Of a DNA stretch of 64,000 nucleotides, positions 50,929 to 62,647 are shown piece by piece. The stretch is from the NCBI GenBank assembly GCA_963787195.1, contig CAWBCI010000060.1, forward strand, positions 36,700 through 100,699, in the 5' to 3' direction. The number at the start of each line of letters is the position of its first letter. The stretch's first letter is position 1. The position numbers and the translations under genes were made by a program. The notes below the pieces were generated by a model that saw only the letters and a list, made by a program, of their open reading frames with translations, was not told the origin of the DNA and made no database searches. The DNA comes from an uncultured Bacteroidales bacterium. GTDB taxonomy: Bacteria; Bacteroidota; Bacteroidia; Bacteroidales; JAGOPY01.

Positions 50929-51900
50929 ATGAAAAACGTAATACTCCGTACCGATTATAAATTTCCGGGACTCAAGAATGTTTACCATGGGAAAGTCCGG
51001 GATGTATACAATATCAATGATGAGCTCTTGGTGATGATCGCCACCGACCGGATTTCGGCTTTCGATGTGGTGCTGCCCAGGGCTATCCCCTACAAGGGAC
51101 AGGTGCTGAACCAGATCGCCGCCAAGTTCCTGCATGCTACCCGGGATATTGTCCCCAACTGGATGATCGCCAGTCCTGATCCGATGGTCACCATAGGTCA
51201 TTATTGCGAACCCTTCCCGGTGGAAATGATCATTCGGGGCTATCTAACGGGAAGTTCCTGGAGATCTTACAAAAACGGTAGCAGAGAGATCTGTGGTGTA
51301 GCCATTCCGGATGGAATGAGAGAACACCAGAAATTCCCCTCCCCCATCCTGACCCCTACAACCAAGGCAACTGAAGGGCATGATGAGGATATTTCCCGCG
51401 AGGAGATTATTAATTCAGGACTTATTGCGGAATCAGATTATCTCCAACTTGAAAAATATACTGCAGGACTGTTCCAGCGGGGAACTGAAATGGCTGATGA
51501 TAAAGGTCTGATCCTGGTCGATACCAAGTATGAGTTCGGGAAAGCCAAGGGACAAATTTACCTTATCGACGAAATACATACACCAGACTCTTCCCGTTAT
51601 TTTTATAAAGATGGATATGAGGAGCGTTTTGCAAGGGGAGAACAACAAAAACAACTTTCCAAGGAATTCGTGAGAGAATGGCTGATGGAAAATGGATTCC
51701 AGGGAAAAACCGGCCAGCAGGTTCCGGAAATGTCAGATCAATTCGTAGATTCTGTTTCAGAAAGATATATTGAATTGTATGAAAAGATAACGGCTGAGAA
51801 ATTTGTTCGTTCGGATGTGTCGGATATCCTCCTGAGGGTCGAATCCAATATCAATGATTTCCTGGAAGATTATTACGGGAAGAAAAAGGGAATGAACTAA
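50929..51900 (+). CDS. purC: SAICAR synthetase
   Basis: [39 protein letters not shown]. Confidence 0.97.
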   Translation: MKNVILRTDYKFPGLKNVYHGKVRDVYNINDELLVMIATDRISAFDVVLPRAIPYKGQVLNQIAAKFLHATRDIVPNWMIASPDPMVTIGHYCEPFPVEMIIRGYLTGSSWRSYKNGSREICGVAIPDGMREHQKFPSPILTPTTKATEGHDEDISREEIINSGLIAESDYLQLEKYTAGLFQRGTEMADDKGLILVDTKYEFGKAKGQIYLIDEIHTPDSSRYFYKDGYEERFARGEQQKQLSKEFVREWLMENGFQGKTGQQVPEMSDQFVDSVSERYIELYEKITAEKFVRSDVSDILLRVESNINDFLEDYYGKKKGMN

Positions 51901-52769
51901 TCCATGATATCCAGCAAGTCTTTGAGTTCATCTGCCTTTGCAGGATTTCCCGATTGATTGTAGACAAATATAAGTTCATTGATCAGCCTGCGGATTATGG
52001 TTTTATTACTGCAGGGCAGGTAATATGAATCTTTATTATCAAGCCCGAGTTGCTTAACAAAAAGTTCAATTTCATTTCGCGTAAATACAGCTCCTTTATT
52101 AAAGGGATTAATATAGAAGAGTACATCGCCTGAAGGTTCATCTTTAAGTTCCCTGCTGGGGTCATCCATATATGCCAAAACAAAATGCCTTGGCAGGTCA
52201 ACTCCATAAATCGGAATATTCAGGCTTTGGGCAATGATGACATATATCATTCCAAGTGAAAGAGGAGTTCCTTTCTGGTGTTCCAACAGGTTCTTGATAT
52301 AATAATTTTCCGGAGCCTGTATATTTGTGACATTCCCTGCAAATTTATAAACCTCGAAAAGAATGTGATTGATAACCTTGATCTTTTCCAGTCCGGTCAG
52401 GTTATTATTGAGTTCCAGCCATACATCCTGGGAAATCTGCCCTATCTTCTTGATAAGCATTTCCTGGTCCAGATCCGGATACTGGAACCTGGAAACCAAT
52501 AGATAGCCTAAGAGTAGATCATGATTCTTAAACTGGGACCAGTTCTTCAGTTCTCTTTTCAACTCATCCTGTTCTATCGCATGAATAATTTCTTCGATGC
52601 GGTGCTGTATGAAAGGGTCAAAAGAATTTTCCCATACATGTTCCAGAATGGGAATAGCAGCCGGTCCATAAGTATAAATCTTGTCCCTGACAGCTACAAA
52701 GATCTCTTCATTGGGCTCATCCAGCAAGTCCATCAAGGCATCAAGTTCTTTATTTGCTTTCTCGCTCAT
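51897..52769 (-). CDS. Transglutaminase-like / SirB1 family protein
   Basis: [21 protein letters not shown]. Confidence 0.8.
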   Translation of the reverse strand: MSEKANKELDALMDLLDEPNEEIFVAVRDKIYTYGPAAIPILEHVWENSFDPFIQHRIEEIIHAIEQDELKRELKNWSQFKNHDLLLGYLLVSRFQYPDLDQEMLIKKIGQISQDVWLELNNNLTGLEKIKVINHILFEVYKFAGNVTNIQAPENYYIKNLLEHQKGTPLSLGMIYVIIAQSLNIPIYGVDLPRHFVLAYMDDPSRELKDEPSGDVLFYINPFNKGAVFTRNEIELFVKQLGLDNKDSYYLPCSNKTIIRRLINELIFVYNQSGNPAKADELKDLLDIMD

Positions 52770-52799
52770 TTTATTCGTCCAAAAGGAACATTCAGGATG

Positions 52800-53675
52800 C
52801 TAGGAAGTTAACTTTTCAAGCACATATGTTATCAATTGCCTCACTGTCTTTTTATAATCCTTACTATAGACCCCCTGTATGCGGTTCGCCAGAATAACGC
52901 ATACACTGGCCACATCATGGCCCAGCATGTGCCCCAGCCCGTAAAGCGATGAAGTTTCCATTTCATAGTTCATCACCTTCAATCCCTGGTATTCGAAATT
53001 CATCAAATGATCATTCAATTCAGGAAAGGCTAATTCCAGTCTGACTATGCGCCCCTGGGGTGCATAAAAGCCGGGAGCCGTGGCCGTAATTCCCGTGTAC
53101 TGCCCTTTGGAGAGCAGATCGGTAAGGCGCTCAGTACCCGGAATAACATAAGGTAAAGGGAGTGCAACCGGCCAGGCCGTCTGGCTTACAAATTCAGCTG
53201 TAAGCGCTTTGTCTTTGACTTTATCCAGGTCTGCATAAAAGTTAAGTGAACCATCCAGGCCTAATCCGTATTTAGAAACCACGAACGAATCTACCGGGAT
53301 ATCCCTTTGCATTGAACCGGATGTTCCCAGGCGGATTATCGAAAGTTTTTTCCGCTCTGTTTTAGGTTTACGGCTATTAAGATCCATATTAACGGCTGCA
53401 TCCAGTTCATTCATTACTATATCAATATTGTCAGGCCCAATGCCAGTCGACAAAACCGTTAGCCTTTTTCCGTTTAATCTCCCTGTATGAGTGTGAAACT
53501 CGCGGTTTTCTATGCGAAACTCAACCAGATCAAAAAGCTTCGATATCTCATTTACTCGATTTAGGTCACCCACGATAATAACCGTATCAGCAATATGTTC
53601 CGGCCGCAAATGCAGATGAAATACACTACCGTCATTGTTCAGAATAAGGTCGGCATCCAACACTTTCATATTCAT
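52800..53675 (-). CDS. Nucleoside (uridine/purine) phosphorylase
   Basis: HLHL.P, STGIG.DN, IRLGTSG, GFYAPQGR, EMET. Confidence 0.93.
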   Translation of the reverse strand: MNMKVLDADLILNNDGSVFHLHLRPEHIADTVIIVGDLNRVNEISKLFDLVEFRIENREFHTHTGRLNGKRLTVLSTGIGPDNIDIVMNELDAAVNMDLNSRKPKTERKKLSIIRLGTSGSMQRDIPVDSFVVSKYGLGLDGSLNFYADLDKVKDKALTAEFVSQTAWPVALPLPYVIPGTERLTDLLSKGQYTGITATAPGFYAPQGRIVRLELAFPELNDHLMNFEYQGLKVMNYEMETSSLYGLGHMLGHDVASVCVILANRIQGVYSKDYKKTVRQLITYVLEKLTS

Positions 53676-53829
53676 TTCCTTCCTTTTGTTTAAATAAACT
53701 CCACGAACTTTTTGTGAACATAGTCTTTGAAAATGGAGTTATTTATTATAAAGACCGTTTAGCACAAATTTGTTCAAATATACCTTGTAAAACGGACTTT
53801 TACAACCGGCAGTATATTAATTTTGCTTT

Positions 53830-55080
53830 ATGAATGCAGAGATCATATCAATCGGAGACGAACTCCTTGTAGGACAGGTAGTCAATACAAATGCCACTGT
53901 GATGGCAGCGAAACTTCATTCGATCGGAATAGGTGTGGGCCGTATTACAGCGATTGCGGATGATGGCAATGAAATTAAACATGCTCTTGATGAGGCAAAG
54001 ACCAGGGCTGATATTATCCTGCTCTCTGGAGGACTCGGGCCAACCAGGGATGACCTGACAAAAAAAACCTTGTGTGAATATTTTCAAACCGGCCTGGTTC
54101 TGCATGAGGAATCCCTGGAGAACATCCGAAGGTTTTTTGCTAACAGGGGTTTTGAACTTACGGAGAGGAACCGTGAACAAGCGGAAGTTCCGGCCAATTG
54201 CGATCCCCTGGTAAATCATAATGGTACGGCGCCGGGAATGTGGTTCGAAAGCGATGGCCGGATCATCGTCTCTATGCCTGGGGTACCCTTCGAAATGGAA
54301 GGCATGATGGATGACTATATTCTTCCCCGGCTAAGAAAGAACCATAATGATGTAGTGGTAGTTCATCGTACCGTGCTGACTCATGGAATGGGTGAATCTT
54401 TCCTTTCGGATATTATATCTGCCTGGGAAGAGGCGCTTCCGGAAAATATTGGCCTGGCTTATCTGCCTCAGCCGGGTATAGTCAGATTAAGGTTAACTGG
54501 TAAGGGAAAAGACTGGCAGACAGTTTCAGATCAGATTGATGAAGAAATTTCAAGACTTCAAAAGCTGATCCCTGATTTGATATTCGGTTATGAAGACGAA
54601 AGTATGGAAGAAGTGGTGGGGGTAGGCCTGATCAAAGCCCATCGCACTCTATGCACAGCCGAAAGCTGCACGGGTGGCTATATTGCCCATCTTATCACCA
54701 GTGTGGCCGGTTCTTCCAGATATTATAAAGGCTCGGTGGTAGCTTATTCCAATGAGATCAAAGAAAAGATTTTGGGTGTAAAATCCCTTAGCCTGGAAAA
54801 ATACGGGGCTGTGAGCGAGGAAGTTGTCAGGGAAATGGCCGAGGCTGCCCGACTGAAATTCGGGACTGATTATGCCATCTCAACATCCGGAATTGCAGGA
54901 CCGGACGGGGGAACAATTGAAAAACCGGTTGGGACCGTCTGGATAGCTGTAGCATCTGCAAAAGGCACCCTTACTCAAAAATTTCTTTTCGGTGAGCATC
55001 GTGGACGAAATATCCGCCGGGCAGCACTTTCAGCATTAAATATGTTAAGGCTGAAAACGATTTCTGAAAGCTCAGATTAG
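53830..55080 (+). CDS. cinA: CinA (MoCF domain + NMN deamidase)
   Basis: IGDELL.GQ..NTN, GGLGPT.DD, TAESCTGG, SGIAGP.GG. Confidence 0.95.
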   Translation: MNAEIISIGDELLVGQVVNTNATVMAAKLHSIGIGVGRITAIADDGNEIKHALDEAKTRADIILLSGGLGPTRDDLTKKTLCEYFQTGLVLHEESLENIRRFFANRGFELTERNREQAEVPANCDPLVNHNGTAPGMWFESDGRIIVSMPGVPFEMEGMMDDYILPRLRKNHNDVVVVHRTVLTHGMGESFLSDIISAWEEALPENIGLAYLPQPGIVRLRLTGKGKDWQTVSDQIDEEISRLQKLIPDLIFGYEDESMEEVVGVGLIKAHRTLCTAESCTGGYIAHLITSVAGSSRYYKGSVVAYSNEIKEKILGVKSLSLEKYGAVSEEVVREMAEAARLKFGTDYAISTSGIAGPDGGTIEKPVGTVWIAVASAKGTLTQKFLFGEHRGRNIRRAALSALNMLRLKTISESSD

Positions 55081-55211
55081 TTTCTCATCTCTTCAATCTC
55101 TTTATTATTCATCTTTGATAAAAATTAAAATTACTAATCTTCTTGTGTAATTCGAAAATAATCACGTTCTTTGCACTCCGTTTTTGGAATCAACCATTTA
55201 AATCTAAAGAA

Positions 55212-55451
55212 ATGGCACGAGTTTGTGAAATCACAGGTAAGACCGTTATTACAGGAAACAGTGTTTCCCATTCCAATATCAAGACCAGAAGAAGGTTCTA
55301 TCCTAACCTTCAAACCAAACGCTTCTTCATACCTGAAGAAGATCGTTGGATATGCTTGAAAGTTTCAACTGAGGCTATTCGCAATATCAATAAAAAAGGT
55401 ATCAGCGCATGTCTCAAAGAAGCCCGTGAAAAAGGCTTTCTGAACAAGTAA
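55212..55451 (+). CDS. rpmB: 50S ribosomal protein L28
   Basis: MARVCEITGK..GNSVSHSN.KTRRRF.PNLQ. Confidence 0.97.
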   Translation: MARVCEITGKTVITGNSVSHSNIKTRRRFYPNLQTKRFFIPEEDRWICLKVSTEAIRNINKKGISACLKEAREKGFLNK

Positions 55452-55474
55452 TACTGTATTTTATGACGAACTTG

Positions 55475-55507
55475 TGCTGTTATCCTCATCGGGTAACAGC
55501 ATTTTTT
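55475..55507 (+). terminator. Intrinsic terminator after rpmB
   Basis: tgctgttatcc..gggtaacagca stem followed by T run. Confidence 0.7.
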
Positions 55508-55674
55508 ATTTTTAGCCATGAACCAAAAACACAGCATCAGACCCAATTATAATGAACTTATTACTTCCCTGATCTGTTATTTTACCATAATAAAATAATT
55601 GGTTCACCGTTAAAAATCTAATAATTATCTTTACGAGCAAAATACATAATCCTGAATTTTTACCAACAGCAGTT

Positions 55675-56343
55675 ATGAAAAATTTCCGTAAAACATCCAT
55701 TTTACTCCTGCTGTTACTTTCAGCTCCTTTATTAAAAGCTCAGGAATCAAACGATAATGATTCAATATACACTAAAAACCTTGTTCAGTTTACCGGTGTT
55801 GTTGTCACCGGCGACAGCCTCAAGCCCATCCCTTTTACGAATATTTTGGATAGAAATACGGGGCATGGTACTATCAGTGATTATTTCGGATATTTCTCAT
55901 TTGTAGCCCGTAAAGGCGATAGTATACAGTTCTCTTCGGTCGGATTTAAAAAAAATATCTTCATCATTCCGGATACCATTCGAAACAATCGCTATACCAT
56001 GTTCCAGGTCATGAATTCAGATACGATTTACCTGAGCGAAACTGTCATTTATCCCTGGCCTACAAAGGAGCAGTTCAAAGATGCCTTCCTGAACCTGGTT
56101 ATTCCTGATGATGATCTGGTGATCGCCCGTAAAAATTTAGAAAAGAGTGAAATGGCCGCACGGGCAGATGCAATGCCAATGAATGCCAATATGAATTACC
56201 GGAATGTTGTGGATCAAAGGATAGACAAACTTTATTACGCCGGCCAGACACAACCTATCACAGTATTAAACCCCTTTGCCTGGGCACAGTTTTTTAAAGC
56301 CTGGAAAGAAGGAAAATTCAAAAGGAAAAAGTATGAGGATTAA
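55675..56343 (+). CDS. Secreted protein with carboxypeptidase regulatory-like domain
   Basis: Signal peptide; G.V..DSL.PIPF.NI, SD..GYFS, FSSVGF. Confidence 0.8.
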   Translation: MKNFRKTSILLLLLLSAPLLKAQESNDNDSIYTKNLVQFTGVVVTGDSLKPIPFTNILDRNTGHGTISDYFGYFSFVARKGDSIQFSSVGFKKNIFIIPDTIRNNRYTMFQVMNSDTIYLSETVIYPWPTKEQFKDAFLNLVIPDDDLVIARKNLEKSEMAARADAMPMNANMNYRNVVDQRIDKLYYAGQTQPITVLNPFAWAQFFKAWKEGKFKRKKYED

Positions 56344-56363
56344 CCGGACCTAATAAACCAATA

Positions 56364-58895
56364 ATGCGAATCAGACAGTTTGTACTTTTAACCATATTTT
56401 CATTTCTTTTTTCAACACTTGCAAAGTCCCAGGGTTCTGCAATTTTATCGGGATATGTGAGCGATCAGGATAATCAGCCTATCGAAATGGTGAATGTAGC
56501 TTTGGTGGGTTTTGCATCCGGTACTACCACCGACAAGAAAGGACATTACGAATTAAAGATCCCGGCAGGTACTACCTATGTTGTAGATTTTTCATTTATA
56601 GGATTTGAACGACAGCAATACAGGATCACTTTGGATGCCGGGGAAACCAAGGAACTGGACATTAAACTGGCCTTCACTTCAACCGATCTGCCCGGATTCG
56701 AAGTAAAAGAGGAACAAAACCGTAGTACCAACTTTACAAGGTTGAATCCAAAGGAAGCCACCTTTATACCTTCCATCTCCGGAAATATAGAAGCATTGCT
56801 AAAAACCCTGCCCGGAGTTTCATCCACAAATGAATTAAGTTCCCAATACTCGGTAAGAGGCGGGAATTTCGATGAGAACCTGGTGTATGTGAATGGAATT
56901 GAAATTTATCGTCCATTCCTGATACGCTCAGGCCAGCAGGAAGGCCTCAGCTTTGTGAACTCAGACCTGGTTTCAGGGATACAGTTTTCAGCCGGTGGCT
57001 TCGAAGCAAGATATGGTGATAAAATGTCATCGGTGCTGGATATACAATACAAAAGGCCTACAAAATTTGCAGGCTCTGCCCAGGCCAGCCTGCTGGGAGC
57101 ACAGGCCCACGTTGAAGGGCTAAGCAAAAACACCCGCTTTACCTATCTTGCCGGTGCCCGGTACAAAACAACCCAGTATATACTCAAATCGCTGGATACC
57201 AAAGGAGATTATAAGCCAAATTTTGTGGATGTCCAATCTCTGTTCACATATGATATTACTGAAAAACTGGAACTTTCGTTCCTCGGGTATTATTCCCGGA
57301 ATTCTTATCAGCTGATTCCCCAGAGCAGGGAAACCAACTTCGGTACTTTTAATGAAGCCTACCGTTTGAATATTTATTTTGACGGACAGGAGATTGATAA
57401 TTACAAAACTTATCTGGGAGCCCTCACTCTCAATTATAAGACATCCGAAAACCTCTATCTGAAATTCATTGCGTCGACTTTTCAGACTTTGGAAAGCGAA
57501 ACCTTTGATATCCGGGGGCAATACTGGATTGGGAAACTGGAATCGGACCAGTCGAATGGTCAGTTCGGTAAAGTTGTGGACGTGCAGGGTATTGGCACCT
57601 TCCTTGATCATGCCCGGAACTACATGCAGGGTACCGTTATGAATATAGAACATAAAGGGACCTGGTCGAAAAATATTAATTATTTACAATGGGGCCTGAA
57701 ATACCAGCATGAGATCATACATGATAAGCTGAACGAATGGGAAGTACATGATTCTGCCGGCTATTCCCTGCCAAACCCCCTGACTGTCATAGGCGAACTG
57801 AACTTTCCCCCGCAGCCCTTTGATATATATTCCGCCGTTAAAACAAAAGCTGATATTTCTTCCAACCGCTATACCGGTTTTGTCCAGAACACATGGGATT
57901 TAGATGGGAATGCAAAAAAGATCACGGTGAATGCCGGCTTACGCTTCAATTACTGGGATTATAACAAGCAATTTCTTCTCAGTCCGAGGGCCTCTGTTTC
58001 TTTTAAACCTGACTGGAAGAAAGACATATTGTTCCGCTTTTCAACAGGTTATTATTATCAACCTCCGTTTTACAAGGAGCTCCGTAACCTGGAAGGACAG
58101 ATTAATCCGAACCTTAAAGCTCAGCGCTCTATTCATTTCGTTCTTGGAAGCGATTGGAATTTCATCGCCTGGAACCGTCCTTTCAAATTCATCACCGAGA
58201 TCTATTATAAAAAACTTGATAATCTTATCCCTTATATAGTTGACAATGTCAGGATCCGTTACCTTGCTAAAAACATGGCCCATGGTTATGCGACCGGTAT
58301 CGATTTTAAAGTGAATGGTGAATTTATTAAAGGAATAGAATCCTGGGCGAGCCTTTCGGTAATGAAAACCCAGCAGGATATTGAAGGCGATTATTATTAT
58401 AATTATTATAATGCGGAAGGGAAAAAGATTATTCCCGGCTACACCACGGATAATGTTGCAGTCGATAGTATGATCGTGCATCCGGGTTATATTCCGCGAC
58501 CAACGGATCAGAGGGTCAATTTCTCTTTATTTTTCCAGGATTACCTGCCTTCTAACCCCTCTTACAAAATGCATCTCACTTTGATTTTCGGAACAGGTTT
58601 GCCATTCGGAGCGCCTAATTCTCCCTTGTATGAACATACACTGCGTTTTCCTCCATACCGCCGGGTGGATATAGGCTTTTCCAAATTACTAATCGGAGAA
58701 AAAAGTAAATTCAGGGAGAAAAATCCCTTGCGTTATATTAAAAATGCCTGGATTACACTTGAAGTATTCAATCTTCTTGGAGTCAACAATACCGTATCCT
58801 ATATCTGGGTCACCGACATTACCAACAGGCAATATGCCGTACCCAACTACCTAACTTACCGCCAGTTAAACCTTCGTCTTATTCTCGATTTCTGA
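56364..58895 (+). CDS. TonB-dependent receptor
   Basis: CarboxypepD-like N-terminus, plug LPGV..VRGG..DEN, GGF.ARYG, C-terminal F. Confidence 0.9.
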   Translation: MRIRQFVLLTIFSFLFSTLAKSQGSAILSGYVSDQDNQPIEMVNVALVGFASGTTTDKKGHYELKIPAGTTYVVDFSFIGFERQQYRITLDAGETKELDIKLAFTSTDLPGFEVKEEQNRSTNFTRLNPKEATFIPSISGNIEALLKTLPGVSSTNELSSQYSVRGGNFDENLVYVNGIEIYRPFLIRSGQQEGLSFVNSDLVSGIQFSAGGFEARYGDKMSSVLDIQYKRPTKFAGSAQASLLGAQAHVEGLSKNTRFTYLAGARYKTTQYILKSLDTKGDYKPNFVDVQSLFTYDITEKLELSFLGYYSRNSYQLIPQSRETNFGTFNEAYRLNIYFDGQEIDNYKTYLGALTLNYKTSENLYLKFIASTFQTLESETFDIRGQYWIGKLESDQSNGQFGKVVDVQGIGTFLDHARNYMQGTVMNIEHKGTWSKNINYLQWGLKYQHEIIHDKLNEWEVHDSAGYSLPNPLTVIGELNFPPQPFDIYSAVKTKADISSNRYTGFVQNTWDLDGNAKKITVNAGLRFNYWDYNKQFLLSPRASVSFKPDWKKDILFRFSTGYYYQPPFYKELRNLEGQINPNLKAQRSIHFVLGSDWNFIAWNRPFKFITEIYYKKLDNLIPYIVDNVRIRYLAKNMAHGYATGIDFKVNGEFIKGIESWASLSVMKTQQDIEGDYYYNYYNAEGKKIIPGYTTDNVAVDSMIVHPGYIPRPTDQRVNFSLFFQDYLPSNPSYKMHLTLIFGTGLPFGAPNSPLYEHTLRFPPYRRVDIGFSKLLIGEKSKFREKNPLRYIKNAWITLEVFNLLGVNNTVSYIWVTDITNRQYAVPNYLTYRQLNLRLILDF

Positions 58896-59116
58896 TGTTC
58901 TGAATTATTTTCATAATGATATTTACTACTGCTTAATAATGATGTAGGAAAATAATCCCTTAATTTACTGAGCTTGAACCAAGCTTCCGAATTTACACTT
59001 TTTTAACATTTTTTATTTGACTTATGCAGATTATTTAATATAACTTTGCCCTGTTGATTTAGACTGAATTAAAATAATAAATATCAATATTTATTATTAA
59101 AAAAAGGAGATAAAAC

Positions 59117-59734
59117 ATGAATTTCAAATTTGAGGATTTACCATATTCTTTCGGAGCTTTGGAACCTTACATTGATGCAAAAACAATGGAACTCCATTAT
59201 ACCAAGCATTACCGTGGATATTATGATAAATTCCTTGCTGCCATCGCTGGTTCGGAAATGGAAAATATGAGCCTTAAAGATATTTTCAAAAATATCAGCA
59301 AATATTCTGCTGGTGTGAGAAATAATGGAGGCGGGTATTTTAACCATCAATTATTTTGGAATGTAATGGGACCTCAGGCAGGTGGAAATCCTGAAGGTGA
59401 GTTGGCGGATGCAATCAACAAGCAATTTAGTTCTTTCGATTCTTTTAAAAACGTATTCACTAATGCAGCTGCTACCCGTTTTGGAAGCGGATGGGCATGG
59501 TTATGTGTTGAGGCAGATAAGAGCCTCAGCGTTTGTTCAACACCTAATCAGGACAATCCCCTGATGGATGTTTCGGAATGTAAGGGAACACCAATATTTG
59601 GGCTGGATGTTTGGGAACATGCCTATTATCTGAAATATCAAAACCGTCGTCCCGAATATATAGATGCATTCTGGAATGTTGTGAACTGGAAGAATGTTGC
59701 AAGCAACTATCAAAAAGTAATTAGCGGTACTTAA
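59117..59734 (+). CDS. Fe/Mn superoxide dismutase
   Basis: ALEPYID, H..KH, FGSGWAWL, DVWEHAYY. Confidence 0.97.
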   Translation: MNFKFEDLPYSFGALEPYIDAKTMELHYTKHYRGYYDKFLAAIAGSEMENMSLKDIFKNISKYSAGVRNNGGGYFNHQLFWNVMGPQAGGNPEGELADAINKQFSSFDSFKNVFTNAAATRFGSGWAWLCVEADKSLSVCSTPNQDNPLMDVSECKGTPIFGLDVWEHAYYLKYQNRRPEYIDAFWNVVNWKNVASNYQKVISGT

Positions 59735-59804
59735 AATTTCATACGTACGTTATTTGATTCCTCATCAAATAACTCTTTTGGTTTGGTTAATAATCGGCAA
59801 ATTT

Positions 59805-59827
59805 GGCCCCGTCCCGCGGGGCCTTTT
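59805..59827. terminator. Terminator between sod and rocD
   Basis: ggccccg..cggggcc stem plus tttt. Confidence 0.65.
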
Positions 59828-59837
59828 GCTTTTTATA

Positions 59838-61067
59838 CTAACTCATCGCGAGTATTGACTTCCGGATAATTTCAACTGCCTCATGGATTTGTTCTTCATT
59901 TATTACCAGTGGAGGCGCAAAACGTATGATATGATCATGAGTTGGTTTAGCAAGTAAGCCGTTCTCAGCCATTTTCAAACAAACATCCCAGGCTGTTGTA
60001 TTATTTTTGGGACGGATCACAATCGCATTCAGGAGGCCTTTTCCCCTGACGATCTCAATCCGGTCGTTCTGAATCTTTTTAATCTCATCCCTGAATATCT
60101 TACCAAGGCGTTCAGCATTCGCAGCTAATTTTTCGTCCCTTATTACTTCAAGGGCCGCAACGGCGACTTTCGCGGCTATTGGATTTCCGCCAAAGGTTGA
60201 TCCATGTTCACCCGGCTTGATGCACATCATTATCTCATCATTGGCAAGCACGGCAGAAATAGGGTAAACACCGCCTGAAAGGGCTTTTCCAAGGATCAGC
60301 ATATCCGGTTTCACATTTTCATGGTCACAGGCCAGCAATTTCCCGGTACGCGCAATTCCTGTCTGAACTTCATCTGCAATAAAGAGTACGTTTTTCTGTT
60401 TGCACATATCAGCGGCTTTTGCCAGATATCCTTCATCGGGAACAAAAACTCCTGCTTCGCCCTGTATGGGTTCTACCAGGAAACCAGCCACATCCGGGTC
60501 CTGAAGCGCCCCCTCTAAAGCCTTCAAATTGTTATAGGGTATAGTGATGAATCCCGGGGTATAAGGCCCAAAATCTTTTTTTGCATCCGGATCGGTCGAC
60601 ATGGAAACAATGGTAATGGTACGGCCGTGAAAATTATTCTCACAAACGATGATTTTGGCTTTGTTCTCAGGTAAGCCCTTTTTCATATAAGCCCATTTAC
60701 GGCAAAGCTTGAGGGCGGTTTCAACGCCTTCCGCACCACTATTCATCGGAAGCACTTTATCAAATCCAAAATATCCGGTGACAAATTTTTCATAAACCCC
60801 CAGAGTGTCATTGAAGAAAGCCCTGGAAGTGAGCGTCAGGGTTTTAGCCTGGTCAATCAGAGCCTGCACAATTTTAGGATGGCAGTGGCCCTGGTTCACG
60901 GCTGAATAAGCTGAAAGAAAATCAAAATACTTTTTCCCTTCCACATCCCAGACATATACACCTTCCCCGCGCGATAATACAACCGGTAAGGGATGATAAT
61001 TGTGAGCTCCGTATTTATCTTCAAGTTCAATCGCCTTCTTCGAGCTAATTACATCTGTCAGTTCCAT
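59838..61067 (-). CDS. rocD: Ornithine--oxo-acid transaminase
   Basis: [43 protein letters not shown]. Confidence 0.96.
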   Translation of the reverse strand: MELTDVISSKKAIELEDKYGAHNYHPLPVVLSRGEGVYVWDVEGKKYFDFLSAYSAVNQGHCHPKIVQALIDQAKTLTLTSRAFFNDTLGVYEKFVTGYFGFDKVLPMNSGAEGVETALKLCRKWAYMKKGLPENKAKIIVCENNFHGRTITIVSMSTDPDAKKDFGPYTPGFITIPYNNLKALEGALQDPDVAGFLVEPIQGEAGVFVPDEGYLAKAADMCKQKNVLFIADEVQTGIARTGKLLACDHENVKPDMLILGKALSGGVYPISAVLANDEIMMCIKPGEHGSTFGGNPIAAKVAVAALEVIRDEKLAANAERLGKIFRDEIKKIQNDRIEIVRGKGLLNAIVIRPKNNTTAWDVCLKMAENGLLAKPTHDHIIRFAPPLVINEEQIHEAVEIIRKSILAMS

Positions 61068-61170
61068 AAAATATTTATTTTTAATTAGAAATTAGTTATT
61101 TAAGCATTACAAAGGTAGGTTTTTTAGAGGACTCCTAAGGATCGAGGGTAAATATTTAAGCTATCCGCAT

Positions 61171-61346
61171 AATGAACTACCCCTCGGCAAGCAGCGGGGT
61201 ATCTTAAGGAAATATCTCTTATTCGTCTCTAGATACGGGGAATTTAGTCCCATCAGATCCCGAATAAGACTTCGTCTTTTCGGGATCAATTCGACTAAAA
61301 ATTTTTTCTTCGCTTCGCTTGAAAAAATTGAGTCTCATTGATTAAA
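61171..61346. mobile_element. Second full copy of the ~170-nt structured element
   Basis: Near-identical to 35484-35659. Confidence 0.6.
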
Positions 61347-62418
61347 GGAGATGGCGGAAAGGCAGTAAAAGCCATTCCACAAAGCGTTGCAGACGGTTCC
61401 TGTTAAGCCATTGTTCGTAACTGAATGGCTCTGATTCTGCAATGGTTAATTCAATATGCTTGTTCAATTGCCGGGCAACTTCTTCCTGCTTTCCAATTAA
61501 TACAATTTCATGCATATACCTGAATGAACGGTAATCAAAATTGGGTGAGCCAATTGCCCAGATATTTCCATCGATCAGCATGGCCTTGGCATGCAGATTA
61601 GAAATTGTATAATACAGAAAGTTTATATTCTGAAGGTGCAAAGGGCCCAGGTACTTATTGCGGAGCAGATCAACCAGACGGATATCAGAATGTTTGGGAA
61701 GGATTACCGTAACTTTCACACCTCTTTTAGAAGCTTCTGTGAGGGCCCGTCTCAGAAAATATCCTGGTAGAAAATAAGGGGTCTCAATAAAGATATCCTT
61801 ACCAGCATTTTTAATTAGGTGAATGAATTTTTTATTGATCCTTTTTTTAGTGATAGATGGCACATCCCTTACAATTTCAAAATCATCATGACGGATCAGG
61901 CGGATATAAGCATTCTTTTCATAAAAATATTTATTATAAATTCTGAAATCCAGATTGAAGACTTTTTTGAATGAAACCGCAAGGTCCCCTTTTATCCGGA
62001 GCATCATCTCCCTCCAATTCATACAGTAATCGTTGATATTAGCCGACCCTATATAAGTGATAACATCATCGATTATGAGAAATTTACGATGGTTACGACG
62101 GTGGTTCTTGGTGAAAAAATCTATGAAAAATTTGATTTTTGTAAAAAACCTGACCTTCCCCCCTGCCTTGATCAGTTCAACAAAATAAGCTTCAGAAACT
62201 CCGGATCCCCAGGAATCGATCAGGAGCCGGACTTCAACTCCCTGCCTGGCTTTTTTGATCAATGCTTCCCGAAAACGATTCCCGATGCTATCATCATAAT
62301 ATTTATAAACTTCCAGATAAATATAATGAGCAGCCTGACGAATATCCTCCAGCATCGATTCATAGAAATTCATCGGTACATCGAACAGTTTGTAATCAGC
62401 GGTTTCAGGGATACTCAT
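61342..62418 (-). CDS. Cardiolipin synthase-like phospholipase D
   Basis: Two HKD motifs (HRKFLIID, HAKAMLID); lacks N-terminal TM helices. Confidence 0.9.
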   Translation of the reverse strand: MSIPETADYKLFDVPMNFYESMLEDIRQAAHYIYLEVYKYYDDSIGNRFREALIKKARQGVEVRLLIDSWGSGVSEAYFVELIKAGGKVRFFTKIKFFIDFFTKNHRRNHRKFLIIDDVITYIGSANINDYCMNWREMMLRIKGDLAVSFKKVFNLDFRIYNKYFYEKNAYIRLIRHDDFEIVRDVPSITKKRINKKFIHLIKNAGKDIFIETPYFLPGYFLRRALTEASKRGVKVTVILPKHSDIRLVDLLRNKYLGPLHLQNINFLYYTISNLHAKAMLIDGNIWAIGSPNFDYRSFRYMHEIVLIGKQEEVARQLNKHIELTIAESEPFSYEQWLNRNRLQRFVEWLLLPFRHLL

Positions 62419-62647
62419 ATGGTCTTATTTCATCATCATAAAGCCTTTATAATTAATTACTGCGACGATGGCATCGCAAATTTAGAAAAAAAGCGAATGA
62501 GTATTGCAAAGCATTTGCACCGGGCAGAATTAAATCCAGTATAGCAAGCTTCACAAATTTTCGCTTTTGCAACGAATTCTTAAAATCGTTCGCAGTCTTT
62601 GTCCTCTCAGCGATTAAGCTTACATTTGTTAATCAATTTTTAGATTT

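Noticed and set aside
55518-55598. 26-aa small ORF after the rpmB terminator
   Set aside because: No recognisable similarity, not L33, and no supporting signals
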